A stretch of DNA of 34,430 nt, from positions 1-34,430 of the IMG/VR virus record IMGVR_UViG_3300026484_000296. One strand, 5' to 3'. Shown here piece after piece: positions 1-6,993 of this stretch (position 1 is its first letter; every line of letters starts with the position of its first letter). This stretch comes from a virus. Lineage: Duplodnaviria; Caudoviricetes. The translations under genes and the position numbers were made by a program. Under the pieces are notes generated by a model. It had not been told where the DNA came from, searched no databases, and saw only the letters and a list, made by a program, of their open reading frames with translations.

Positions 1-1
1 T

Positions 2-85
2 GTAGTTTGAAAGCTGATCGGATTCAGCAGCGAGACTGTAAATCTCGTCCTTATGGGAGTGGTTCGAGTCCACCAGACTACACCA
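2..85 (+). tRNA. tRNA-Tyr(GTA), atypical D-arm
   Basis: Acceptor gtagttt/agactac + A-CCA; anticodon arm cgaga-ctGTAaa-tctcg; long variable arm; T-loop ttcgagt. Confidence 0.88.
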
Positions 86-89
86 TATA

Positions 90-231
90 GAATACTTTAA
101 AAAGAAATTGATAAAATTAGTGAAAAACCACGACTGTATAATATTCAGTAAAAGTAACTAATTTATTTGGAACAAGTTAGTGGTAACTTGGGTAGCGTCG
201 AAAACTATGTTAATTTCTTTTTAAAGTATTC
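90..231 (+). ncRNA. Candidate structured RNA closed by a 20-bp perfect stem
   Basis: gaatactttaaaaagaaatt (90-109) is the exact reverse complement of 212-231; internal hairpin caagtta-gtgg-taacttg (173-190). Confidence 0.45.
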
Positions 232-369
232 GTAAAACAATACTTTTATAACAAAAGACTGAAAGAAGAGATGTAGGTCTTAAAATATAATTAGATATGT
301 AAAATATCAGAGATAAATTAAATATCCTTTAATTAGGGTATTTAATAAATCCTTTCGAATTTTATTTAT

Positions 370-444
370 AGCAGTGTAGAGTACTGGCAACTCACTTGGC
401 TCATAACCAAGAATATGTTGGTTCAAATCCAACCACTGCAACCA
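370..444 (+). tRNA. tRNA-Met(CAT), initiator-like
   Basis: Anticodon arm cttgg-ctCATaa-ccaag; 1:72 mismatch (A:A) and A11-U24 pair as in fMet tRNA; ends in ACCA. Confidence 0.9.
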
Positions 445-479
445 ATTAGAGATGTGTAGTTTATGAAAAATAAACCTCC

Positions 480-524
480 ATTCTATTTTAAAAAGTTAAT
501 TAGTTTGATTTTTTAAAGTAGAAT
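480..524 (+). other. 20-bp hairpin with G-U wobble pairs in tRNA spacer
   Basis: attctattttaaaaagttaa-ttagt-ttgattttttaaagtagaat; all three non-Watson-Crick positions are G-U on the + strand. Confidence 0.6.
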
Positions 525-551
525 TTCTACTTAGGAAGAAAACTTTCTTCC

Positions 552-744
552 GAGTTTTTCACAGAGTTTTTACTTATAAAAGCTGGATAATTTTTGCTAA
601 TCTGGGTTGATCTCCAAACTTGCGAAGAATTATAAACTACCCATTAGTTGGGTTTGAATTATTATACGATTATAATAAGGTTTAAAGTGATAATGATTTT
701 AGAGTTTGACTGCTATATCACTTTTTTAAAAATCGGAAAAACTC
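552..744 (+). ncRNA. Candidate multibranch RNA (closing stem plus five arms)
   Basis: gagtttttc (552-560) pairs with gaaaaactc (736-744); arms at 565-584, 587-633, 634-655, 659-678 and 684-724. Confidence 0.5.
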
Positions 745-774
745 AAAGTATAGAGTATAATTACTCTTCTTACT

Positions 775-859
775 TATTATAAATGTTATGGTTAATAATA
801 GGTTCAATTCCTATATTTCAACTGGTGTTTATTGGGTTCAATTCCCAACATTTATAATA
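775..859 (+). ncRNA. tRNA-like element (degenerate Leu-CAA-like, no CCA)
   Basis: Acceptor-like ataaatg/catttat; T-arm ttggg-ttcaatt-cccaa; second arm atagg-ttcaatt-cctat; reduced D-arm. Confidence 0.5.
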
Positions 860-860
860 T

Positions 861-938
861 CTAAATGTAGCTTAGTCTGGCTAAAGCACTTGTTTTGGGA
901 ACAAGGGATCGGAAGTTCAAATCTTCCCATTTAGACCA
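861..938 (+). tRNA. tRNA-Pro(TGG)
   Basis: Acceptor ctaaatg/catttag + ACCA; anticodon arm cttgt-ttTGGga-acaag; T-arm ggaag-ttcaaat-cttcc. Confidence 0.95.
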
Positions 939-962
939 TTTATAGAAGAATATATAAAGTAT

Positions 963-1049
963 GGGGATATGGTGGAATTGGTAGACACGATGGTCTTAGA
1001 AACCATTGGCTGAAAAGTCGTGCAAGTTCAAGTCTTGCTATCCCCACCA
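963..1049 (+). tRNA. tRNA-Leu(TAG)
   Basis: Acceptor ggggata/tatcccc + ACCA; anticodon arm atggt-ctTAGaa-accat; long variable arm. Confidence 0.96.
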
Positions 1050-1054
1050 TTTAT

Positions 1055-1131
1055 AGTCCTGTAGCTCAGTTGGTTAGAGCGTTCGACCGATAATCGAAAG
1101 GTCACAAGTTCAAATCTTGTCAGGACTACCA
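1055..1131 (+). tRNA. tRNA-Ile(GAT)
   Basis: Acceptor agtcctg/caggact + ACCA; anticodon arm ttcga-ccGATaa-tcgaa (C at position 33). Confidence 0.93.
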
Positions 1132-1135
1132 AAAT

Positions 1136-1210
1136 CTCGTGATAGTCTAATGGATAGGCATCGGTCTTCTAAATCGTTATATGTAGGTTCGAGTCCTACT
1201 CACGAGACCA
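1136..1210 (+). tRNA. tRNA-Arg(TCT)
   Basis: Acceptor ctcgtga/tcacgag + ACCA; anticodon loop ctTCTaa; T-arm gtagg-ttcgagt-cctac. Confidence 0.93.
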
Positions 1211-1270
1211 TTTTAAAATCAATAGTATAGAGAATATTTAGGTATTTTTTATACTGTTCGAGTTTTAAAA
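1211..1270 (+). other. Long G-U-rich hairpin immediately after tRNA-Arg
   Basis: aatagtatagagaatat-ttag-gtattttttatactgtt (17 bp, four G-U), closed by ttttaaaa/ttttaaaa. Confidence 0.55.
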
Positions 1271-1499
1271 TTTTTTCAAAAACAATGGTAGGTACACGAA
1301 TATCTGCAGTTCCGTTCGTCAGTCCAGAAAATAGAATAAAATTTAGTAAGGAAATTAAATGAAGAAAATGATTTTTATATTATTATTTGGAGTTAATTCA
1401 CCGACGAATGAGTGGAAATGATCCAACACCTCAAGCTAAAAACATTCTATTTTTCCTTTATAAGATCTCTAAGAGGTTTTATAAAGGTGAAAACCTTAT

Positions 1500-1638
1500 T
1501 TTTATATCTTTCAAATTTTTTAATAATATGCGACGACCACAAGCTTATCATATTATTATCAGCAAATTTGTTTCAACCTTTTAGTGTGCTTGTGCAGTTT
1601 GTTAAGGCTCTGAAGAACAGTAGTTTCAAGATATAAAA
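1500..1638 (+). ncRNA. Candidate kissing-loop/pseudoknot RNA abutting tRNA-Ser
   Basis: Closing stem 1500-1510/1628-1638 (11 bp); stem 1521-1530/1549-1558; loop cacaagc (1538-1544) is complementary to gcttgtg (1588-1594). Confidence 0.5.
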
Positions 1639-1639
1639 T

Positions 1640-1725
1640 GGAGTAGTCCCATAATGGTATTGGAGCTGGTTGCTAACCAGTCGGCTGTCAAAGGCTTGTG
1701 GGTTCGATCCCCACCTACTCCTCCA
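1640..1725 (+). tRNA. tRNA-Ser(GCT)
   Basis: Acceptor ggagtag/ctactcc + T-CCA; anticodon arm gctgg-ttGCTaa-ccagt; long variable arm. Confidence 0.94.
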
Positions 1726-1730
1726 TAATT

Positions 1731-1807
1731 GCTGGTGTAACTCAGTTGGCTAGAGTTCCTGTTTTGTACTCAGGTTGTCGGGGGTTCAAATCCTCTCACC
1801 AGCTCCA
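1731..1807 (+). tRNA. tRNA-Thr(TGT)
   Basis: Acceptor gctggtg/caccagc + T-CCA; anticodon arm cctgt-ttTGTac-tcagg. Confidence 0.93.
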
Positions 1808-1866
1808 TTCTTTTTTATTAGAAATAAATATATTTTTTATAAAAGAGAATTATTTAAAGGATTAAA

Positions 1867-3510
1867 ATGAGAATAAAAGTTTATTTTTTAACACAAGAGT
1901 CATTAGAAACTATTAATAAAAAATTAAATATCAAATTATTTGATAATTATTCTTATTTTAATATTCAAACAAAAGAATTTAAAATTCAACCTCCTCAAAA
2001 AGAGAAAGAAGAATTTATTGAAAATCTTTGGAAAGATACTAAGCTTCCTAAATATATTTGGGGAGAAGAGAAAGACTATTTTGCAAAGATTGATATAGAT
2101 TTTGGTACACTTTCCCTACTACAATTATCTGAATTATTTGAACAAAATATAAGTGATAATACACAATATATAAAATATCCAAAAATTCAAGGTACTTTTA
2201 TAAATTCATATATAAAATCAAACAAAACTAATGAATATCCAATTTATATTCCAACTAAGGGTAGATGGGATAGTTGTAAAACTGCTGAATTTTTAACTGC
2301 AATTAATGCGAAATTCTTCTTAATAGTTGAAGAACAAGAATATAAGCTTTATAATAAATATTATCCTAAAGAAAGAATATTAATTCTTCCTAAATGTTTT
2401 CAAGAAAATTATGAGGTTTTAGATAACTATGGAAGAACAAAATCAATCGGTCCAGGAGCATCAAGAAATTTTGCTTGGGAAGACTCTATTAAAAGAGGAT
2501 ATAATTTTCATTGGGTTTTCGATGATAACATACCTTATTTCTATGTTTATAATAAAAATTCTTATTATTTGTTAGGGGATACTGGAGCATTAACAATACC
2601 AGAACGAATGATTAAATCATATAATAATATTGGAATATGTTCAATAAACTATGAAAAATTTGTAGCAAGAAGATCAAAAAATCCACCATATGTAAAAAAT
2701 ACAAGAATGTATAGTATGTTATTAATAAGAAATTCTTTACCTATAAGGTGGAGAGGTAGATATAATGAAGATACTATTTTAAGCTTAGATCTTCTAACAC
2801 AAGGTATTTCAACCCTACAATTCAATTTCATTCAAGGGAAGAAAATGACAACTCAAACTCTAAAGGGTGGAAATTCTGAAGAGTTTTATTTTAAAGAGGG
2901 TACACTACCTAAATCAATGATGATTTATAATGAATATCCTAATTATACTAATTTAATATATAAGTATAAAAGATGGCATCATCAAATAAATTATAAACAG
3001 TTTTTATTCAATCCTGGAGACAAAACTGAGGAATTTTATAAAGACTATGATTTTAAATATGAAATATTTACATACGGAAAGAAAACTTTAAAGGTTCCAC
3101 AATTAGCTGAAATTTTAGAAAGTAAAGATTATAAATTATTAAATTATGAAAATGAAGAAATTGAGAGAATTCAAAGTAAAGAACAATATACACAAGGATA
3201 TTTTTTTAGGTCTCCAAGACAAAAAGTTTTTATTTATGGAATTATACCTAAAGTTGAAAATCTAAGAGAAATATTAGACTCTGAAGTTGATTATATAAAT
3301 CTAGTAACTCAGCAAAATTGCGAAGAACTAGCAAAGTTTTGTTTTGATACGACAAATATGTATGATGTTCAAGTATTAAATGAAGCTGTAGAATTAGCTG
3401 AAAAAATTATAGTTTTTTGTCCTGCAGATGCTAAAAAGTTTTTAAAAAGTAATAAAGAAGTTGAAATAAAAGAAAGTTTTAAAAAAATTTCAATTTTAGA
3501 TGATTTTTAA
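1867..3510 (+). CDS. GREB1/TET-associated (TAGT-like) GT-A glycosyltransferase with N- and C-terminal extensions; putative DNA base hypermodification
   Basis: Motifs YPIYIPTKGR, GPGASRNFAW, HWVFDDNI (metal-binding), RGRYNEDT, KGGN; SD aagga. Confidence 0.7.
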   Translation: MRIKVYFLTQESLETINKKLNIKLFDNYSYFNIQTKEFKIQPPQKEKEEFIENLWKDTKLPKYIWGEEKDYFAKIDIDFGTLSLLQLSELFEQNISDNTQYIKYPKIQGTFINSYIKSNKTNEYPIYIPTKGRWDSCKTAEFLTAINAKFFLIVEEQEYKLYNKYYPKERILILPKCFQENYEVLDNYGRTKSIGPGASRNFAWEDSIKRGYNFHWVFDDNIPYFYVYNKNSYYLLGDTGALTIPERMIKSYNNIGICSINYEKFVARRSKNPPYVKNTRMYSMLLIRNSLPIRWRGRYNEDTILSLDLLTQGISTLQFNFIQGKKMTTQTLKGGNSEEFYFKEGTLPKSMMIYNEYPNYTNLIYKYKRWHHQINYKQFLFNPGDKTEEFYKDYDFKYEIFTYGKKTLKVPQLAEILESKDYKLLNYENEEIERIQSKEQYTQGYFFRSPRQKVFIYGIIPKVENLREILDSEVDYINLVTQQNCEELAKFCFDTTNMYDVQVLNEAVELAEKIIVFCPADAKKFLKSNKEVEIKESFKKISILDDF

Positions 3511-3539
3511 GCAAAGTTTAAGCCTTTTTATGATATAAT
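3506..3539 (+). promoter_or_regulatory. Early sigma70-type promoter
   Basis: tttaag at 3506 and 3517, tataat at 3534. Confidence 0.75.
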
Positions 3540-3570
3540 ATATTATATAAAACATAAAAAGGTAAAAAAC

Positions 3571-4170
3571 ATGAAAAATAAAGCAACGATATATACAACA
3601 TCATTAGTAGTAAGAAACTTATTAAACCACGAATTAATGGGACAGTTTAGTGATGGAAGATGGGAAAACTCTAGAAACGAAAGTTGGAAGTTTTTAGATA
3701 CTGTTGAATTTAACACAGATTTTAAAAATGGAGTTCAATTCGAAAACGGACAACCTTGGCAATATACTGGATATAACTGTAATGATGCTGATCTAAAAAG
3801 ATATATAGGTACTAGATTATGGGTGAATGCAATAGTAACAGACTATTTTAAAGATAAATTAGATATTGATATAATCGACTCTATTGTTGAAATAGTTACT
3901 GATATTGATAGCTGTGACTCTCTTCCTAGAAGTAAAAAAGTTAGATATGTATTTAATCCTAAAGATCTTGATGAAAGAGTTGAGACATATTTAAGATGGT
4001 CAAGAGAGGGTTCTTCAGAATATTATACTAAAAAATATGATGAAACGAAAGCTTTAGTTGAAAAATATAAATCAGATATAATTGAATGTTTTGAAAAAAC
4101 AACTTATACAAAGGTTGATTTATCTAAAGATCTTGATAGATGTACAGAGACACTTAAAAACATATTATAA
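3571..4170 (+). CDS. Hypothetical phage protein
   Basis: 199-aa ORF with SD and promoter; conserved-looking ELMGQFSDGRWENSR segment. Confidence 0.8.
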   Translation: MKNKATIYTTSLVVRNLLNHELMGQFSDGRWENSRNESWKFLDTVEFNTDFKNGVQFENGQPWQYTGYNCNDADLKRYIGTRLWVNAIVTDYFKDKLDIDIIDSIVEIVTDIDSCDSLPRSKKVRYVFNPKDLDERVETYLRWSREGSSEYYTKKYDETKALVEKYKSDIIECFEKTTYTKVDLSKDLDRCTETLKNIL

Positions 4171-4195
4171 ATATATTAAAACTAAAGGAAAGAAA

Positions 4196-4426
4196 ATGAA
4201 GAAAGAAACTTTTTACTGCGATTGTATGGATTGTGGAAATGATTGGGAAATTGAGTCAACAGAAAAAGATATTATAAAAGAATATCAAAATGGTGAAATA
4301 ATGTGTCCCAAATGTCATTCAGGCGATATTGCAATTTCAGATGAAGATGGAAAAACATTCAGTGGTGAAAAATTTGAAAAAGTATCATTATTGAAAGAAT
4401 GTATAAAAGAAACTAAAAATAAATAA
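4196..4426 (+). CDS. Small zinc-ribbon protein
   Basis: Start moved to ATG 4196 behind SD aaagga; CMDC...CPKC. Confidence 0.75.
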   Translation: MKKETFYCDCMDCGNDWEIESTEKDIIKEYQNGEIMCPKCHSGDIAISDEDGKTFSGEKFEKVSLLKECIKETKNK

Positions 4427-4449
4427 TAAATTTCAAAATTTATTAGATT

Positions 4450-4483
4450 TTTAAGGTTGTTTTAAGTTAAATTAAGGTATATT
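4450..4483 (+). promoter_or_regulatory. Early sigma70-type promoter
   Basis: tttaag at 4450 and 4461, tatatt at 4478. Confidence 0.65.
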
Positions 4484-4505
4484 ATACTTATAAAAAGGAT
4501 CAAAG

Positions 4506-4754
4506 ATGAAAAAAGTGGATAAGTTTGAATATATAAAAACTAAAGAAGATTTCGTAGATTATGTTGAAGATATTGTTTATGAAAGAGATATATTTTCTGA
4601 TGCTGATTGTATTGTTATTGAAGAATCATTAAAAAGATTAAACATTAAAGATGAATTGATAGATACATTATTATGTATTATTGATGATGAGATCCATTGT
4701 AAAAATAGTTTATCTTGTGAAACTAGAAATAAAATTGAAGAAATTATAAAATAG
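4506..4754 (+). CDS. Hypothetical protein
   Basis: 82-aa acidic ORF with SD aagga and own promoter. Confidence 0.75.
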   Translation: MKKVDKFEYIKTKEDFVDYVEDIVYERDIFSDADCIVIEESLKRLNIKDELIDTLLCIIDDEIHCKNSLSCETRNKIEEIIK

Positions 4755-4781
4755 AGATATTAATAATAAAAAGTTTTGAAA

Positions 4782-4815
4782 TTTAAGCTGAAATTAAGCT
4801 AAATTAAGGTATAAT
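4782..4815 (+). promoter_or_regulatory. Early sigma70-type promoter
   Basis: tttaag 4782, attaag 4793, tataat 4810. Confidence 0.78.
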
Positions 4816-4843
4816 ACTACATATGAAAAATAAAGGATTAAAG

Positions 4844-5473
4844 ATGAAAAAAATTACAATTACGGAAGCTTTATCAAAGCTAAAAATTACTGCTAAAAAA
4901 ATTGACAAAGGTTCAAGAACTATTAGAATTGCTGGAATTAAGAATGCTAAAGGTATTGTTAATGGAAATTCTCAAGAAAATGAATTCTTAAAAAAAGTTA
5001 GAGATGATTTTCAATCTATGAGAGATTTAGAAAAGAATTATCAAGACTTAAAGTCAAAAATTGCACAATCAAATGCTATAACTAAAGTAACTGTTGCTGG
5101 TAAAGATTATACAGTTGTTGAAGCTATTGAAAGAAAAAATAGAATTGAACAAGAAAAAGAAAACTTAACTTCAATCTTAAGAGCATATGTTAAAGTTGAA
5201 AATGAAGTAAATATGCAAAATGAACAAATTACTAGAAGAATTGATAATTTACTAGAAACAAAATTGGGAGCTGACTCAAAAAATCAAAAAGCTGATGATG
5301 TTGTTGAGTTAAAATCAAAATTATTCGATGCTGATAAAGTTGAGCTTGTAGTTCCAAAAGAAATATTAGAGCAAGTTGAAAAATCTATTGAAGATATTGA
5401 AAACTTCTCAGCTGAAGTTGATGTTGCATTATCAATCGTTAATGCAAAAACAGAGATTGAAGTAAACCTTTAA
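4844..5473 (+). CDS. DIP1984/DUF6847-like coiled-coil protein (family often auto-annotated as septicolysin)
   Basis: Twofold internal repeat ITITEAL...SNAITKVTV / YTVVEAIERK...VNAKTEIEV; start at ATG 4844 behind SD aagga. Confidence 0.65.
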   Translation: MKKITITEALSKLKITAKKIDKGSRTIRIAGIKNAKGIVNGNSQENEFLKKVRDDFQSMRDLEKNYQDLKSKIAQSNAITKVTVAGKDYTVVEAIERKNRIEQEKENLTSILRAYVKVENEVNMQNEQITRRIDNLLETKLGADSKNQKADDVVELKSKLFDADKVELVVPKEILEQVEKSIEDIENFSAEVDVALSIVNAKTEIEVNL

Positions 5474-5486
5474 TCTCTGAATAATT

Positions 5487-5787
5487 AGTCCCTTTATAAC
5501 GAAAACATAAAACAATAACGCTCCTTTGTACTGCGATATGTACAAAAACTTTTTTATTTTGGAAAAAAGAAAAATTTAATTAAAAGTCTGAAACACGACT
5601 TTCTGTTTGAATCTTACAGAATTTTCAACGATTAAATTATAACTTTTAAAACTTAACTAAAAATAAGTAACTAAAAAATATTAAATATTATAATATTAAT
5701 TAGTAAAAATTATAAAATCCTGTGGTCAGTTTTTATAAGCTTAATTATTGTGCTTCCTTGTTTGTATCAGGCTGTTATAAAGGGATT
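5487..5787 (+). ncRNA. Candidate ~300-nt structured RNA directly downstream of the DUF6847-like gene
   Basis: tccctttataac (5489-5500) pairs with gttataaaggga (5774-5785); internal stems 5525-5546 and 5573-5638 (three-way junction); cctg 5719/cagg 5768; A-rich unpaired centre. Confidence 0.6.
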
Positions 5788-5834
5788 TTTATTTTTTACT
5801 GAGTATAAACTTTTAAATTCAGTAAAAAATAAAA
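5787..5834. terminator. 16-bp inverted repeat (possible terminator or cruciform) between the RNA candidate and the repeat array
   Basis: ttttattttttactga (5787-5802) / tcagtaaaaaataaaa (5819-5834). Confidence 0.45.
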
Positions 5835-6170
5835 TGTCTTGCAGATGTAAAAAATTTTATTAATCTTTTATAGTAAAAACTATAACTAAAAAATAAAATG
5901 TCTTGCAGATGTAAAAAATAAAATGTCTTGCAGATGTAAAAAATAAAATGTCTTGCAGATGTAAAAAATAAAATGTCTTGCAGATGTAAAAAATTTTATT
6001 AATCTTTTATAGTAAAAATAAAAACTATAACTAAAAAAATAAAATGTCCTCCAGACCCTTAAAAATAAAATGTCCTCCAGACCCTTAAAAATAAAATGTC
6101 CTCCAGACCCTTAAAAATAAAATGTCCTCCAGACCCTTAAAAATTTTATTAATCTTGTATAGTAAAACTA
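5824..6170. repeat. Nested tandem repeat array, putative replication origin/iterons
   Basis: 25-nt unit aaaaaataaaatgtcttgcagatgt x1 then x4 (5888-5987); 26-nt unit aaaaataaaatgtcctccagaccctt x4 (6035-6138); each block followed by linker aaaaattttattaatctt(t/g)tatagtaaaa. Confidence 0.95.
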
Positions 6171-6185
6171 AAAAATTAATTTCTT

Positions 6186-6208
6186 TTTAAGCTTTATTTA
6201 GCTATAAT
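6186..6208 (+). promoter_or_regulatory. Early sigma70-type promoter
   Basis: tttaag 6186, tataat 6203. Confidence 0.7.
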
Positions 6209-6229
6209 ATAAAATAAAAAAGGATACAT

Positions 6230-6976
6230 ATGAAATTTACACCATACAGTTTTAGTAAAATTAGCTGTTTTCAGCACTGTCAAAAACAATTCGAATTAAA
6301 ATATATCAATAAAATTTATATTCCGTCAGAAAATATAGCTTTAGAGAAAGGAAGTTACATACATTCAGTTATTGAAAATCATATAATTGATAAAGCTATT
6401 CCTAATTTTGACTTTAAATTATCAAAAGAAAAAGATATAAATGATTTTAATGATATTATAGTTAAATTTTTAAAAAGTGATTTATATAAAGATTATAAAA
6501 GTTTAAATAATAAAATGGTTGAAAGGGGTTTTTCAATTTCATTAAATGGAAAAGAAATTGAAGTTGGCGAATATAAAAAAGACTCTATTATTCGTGGGTA
6601 TATTGATTTTATGGCATATGATGAAATGGGAAAAAGCTTACTTATAGTTGATTGGAAATCTGGGAAATATAAAGAAGATATAAATGAATTACAAATAAAA
6701 ATATATGCATTATGGGGTTTTTATACCTTTGATGTTGATTATATAACGACTGAATTTTGCTTTGTGGAACATAATAAAACAGTTAATCAACAATTTAAAA
6801 GGAAAGATATTCCTAAGCTTAAAAAAGATATTTTTGAACAAGTATTATTGATAGAAAAAGCTAAAGAATTTAAGAAAAATCCAACCCCTCTTTGTCAATG
6901 GTGTGATTATAAAAAGCAAGGTTATTGTGATGGGAATTATGATTTTCATAATATGAATATTAAAACTGGTTTATAA
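6230..6976 (+). CDS. Cas4-like PD-(D/E)XK exonuclease with Fe-S cysteines
   Basis: N-terminal SFSKI..F..C, GSYIH, GYID, IVDWKSG, QIKIYA, C-terminal CQWCDY....C. Confidence 0.85.
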   Translation: MKFTPYSFSKISCFQHCQKQFELKYINKIYIPSENIALEKGSYIHSVIENHIIDKAIPNFDFKLSKEKDINDFNDIIVKFLKSDLYKDYKSLNNKMVERGFSISLNGKEIEVGEYKKDSIIRGYIDFMAYDEMGKSLLIVDWKSGKYKEDINELQIKIYALWGFYTFDVDYITTEFCFVEHNKTVNQQFKRKDIPKLKKDIFEQVLLIEKAKEFKKNPTPLCQWCDYKKQGYCDGNYDFHNMNIKTGL

Positions 6977-6993
6977 AGAAATTAAGGAAAAAT

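Noticed and set aside
445-860. tmRNA, RNase P RNA or self-splicing intron in the tRNA spacer
   Set aside because: No Ala acceptor ends with CCA, no GAGGAAAGUCC core, and no group I R/S or group II domain V motifs seen
1610-1630. Hammerhead ribozyme core (ctgaaga)
   Set aside because: No GAAA after a stem II and no consistent stems I and III
1387-1636. ORFs 1387-1584 and 1412-1636
   Set aside because: No SD, they overlap each other, have atypical composition and lie over strongly paired RNA-like sequence in the tRNA cluster
4082-4195. Long N-terminal starts at 4082, 4823 and 20875
   Set aside because: Downstream ATGs (4196, 4844, 20887) have proper SD spacing; 4082 overlaps the previous gene
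5824-6170. CRISPR array next to a cas4-like gene
   Set aside because: Units are identical head-to-tail with no unique spacers, and there is no cas1/cas2; solo Cas4-like nucleases are common in phages
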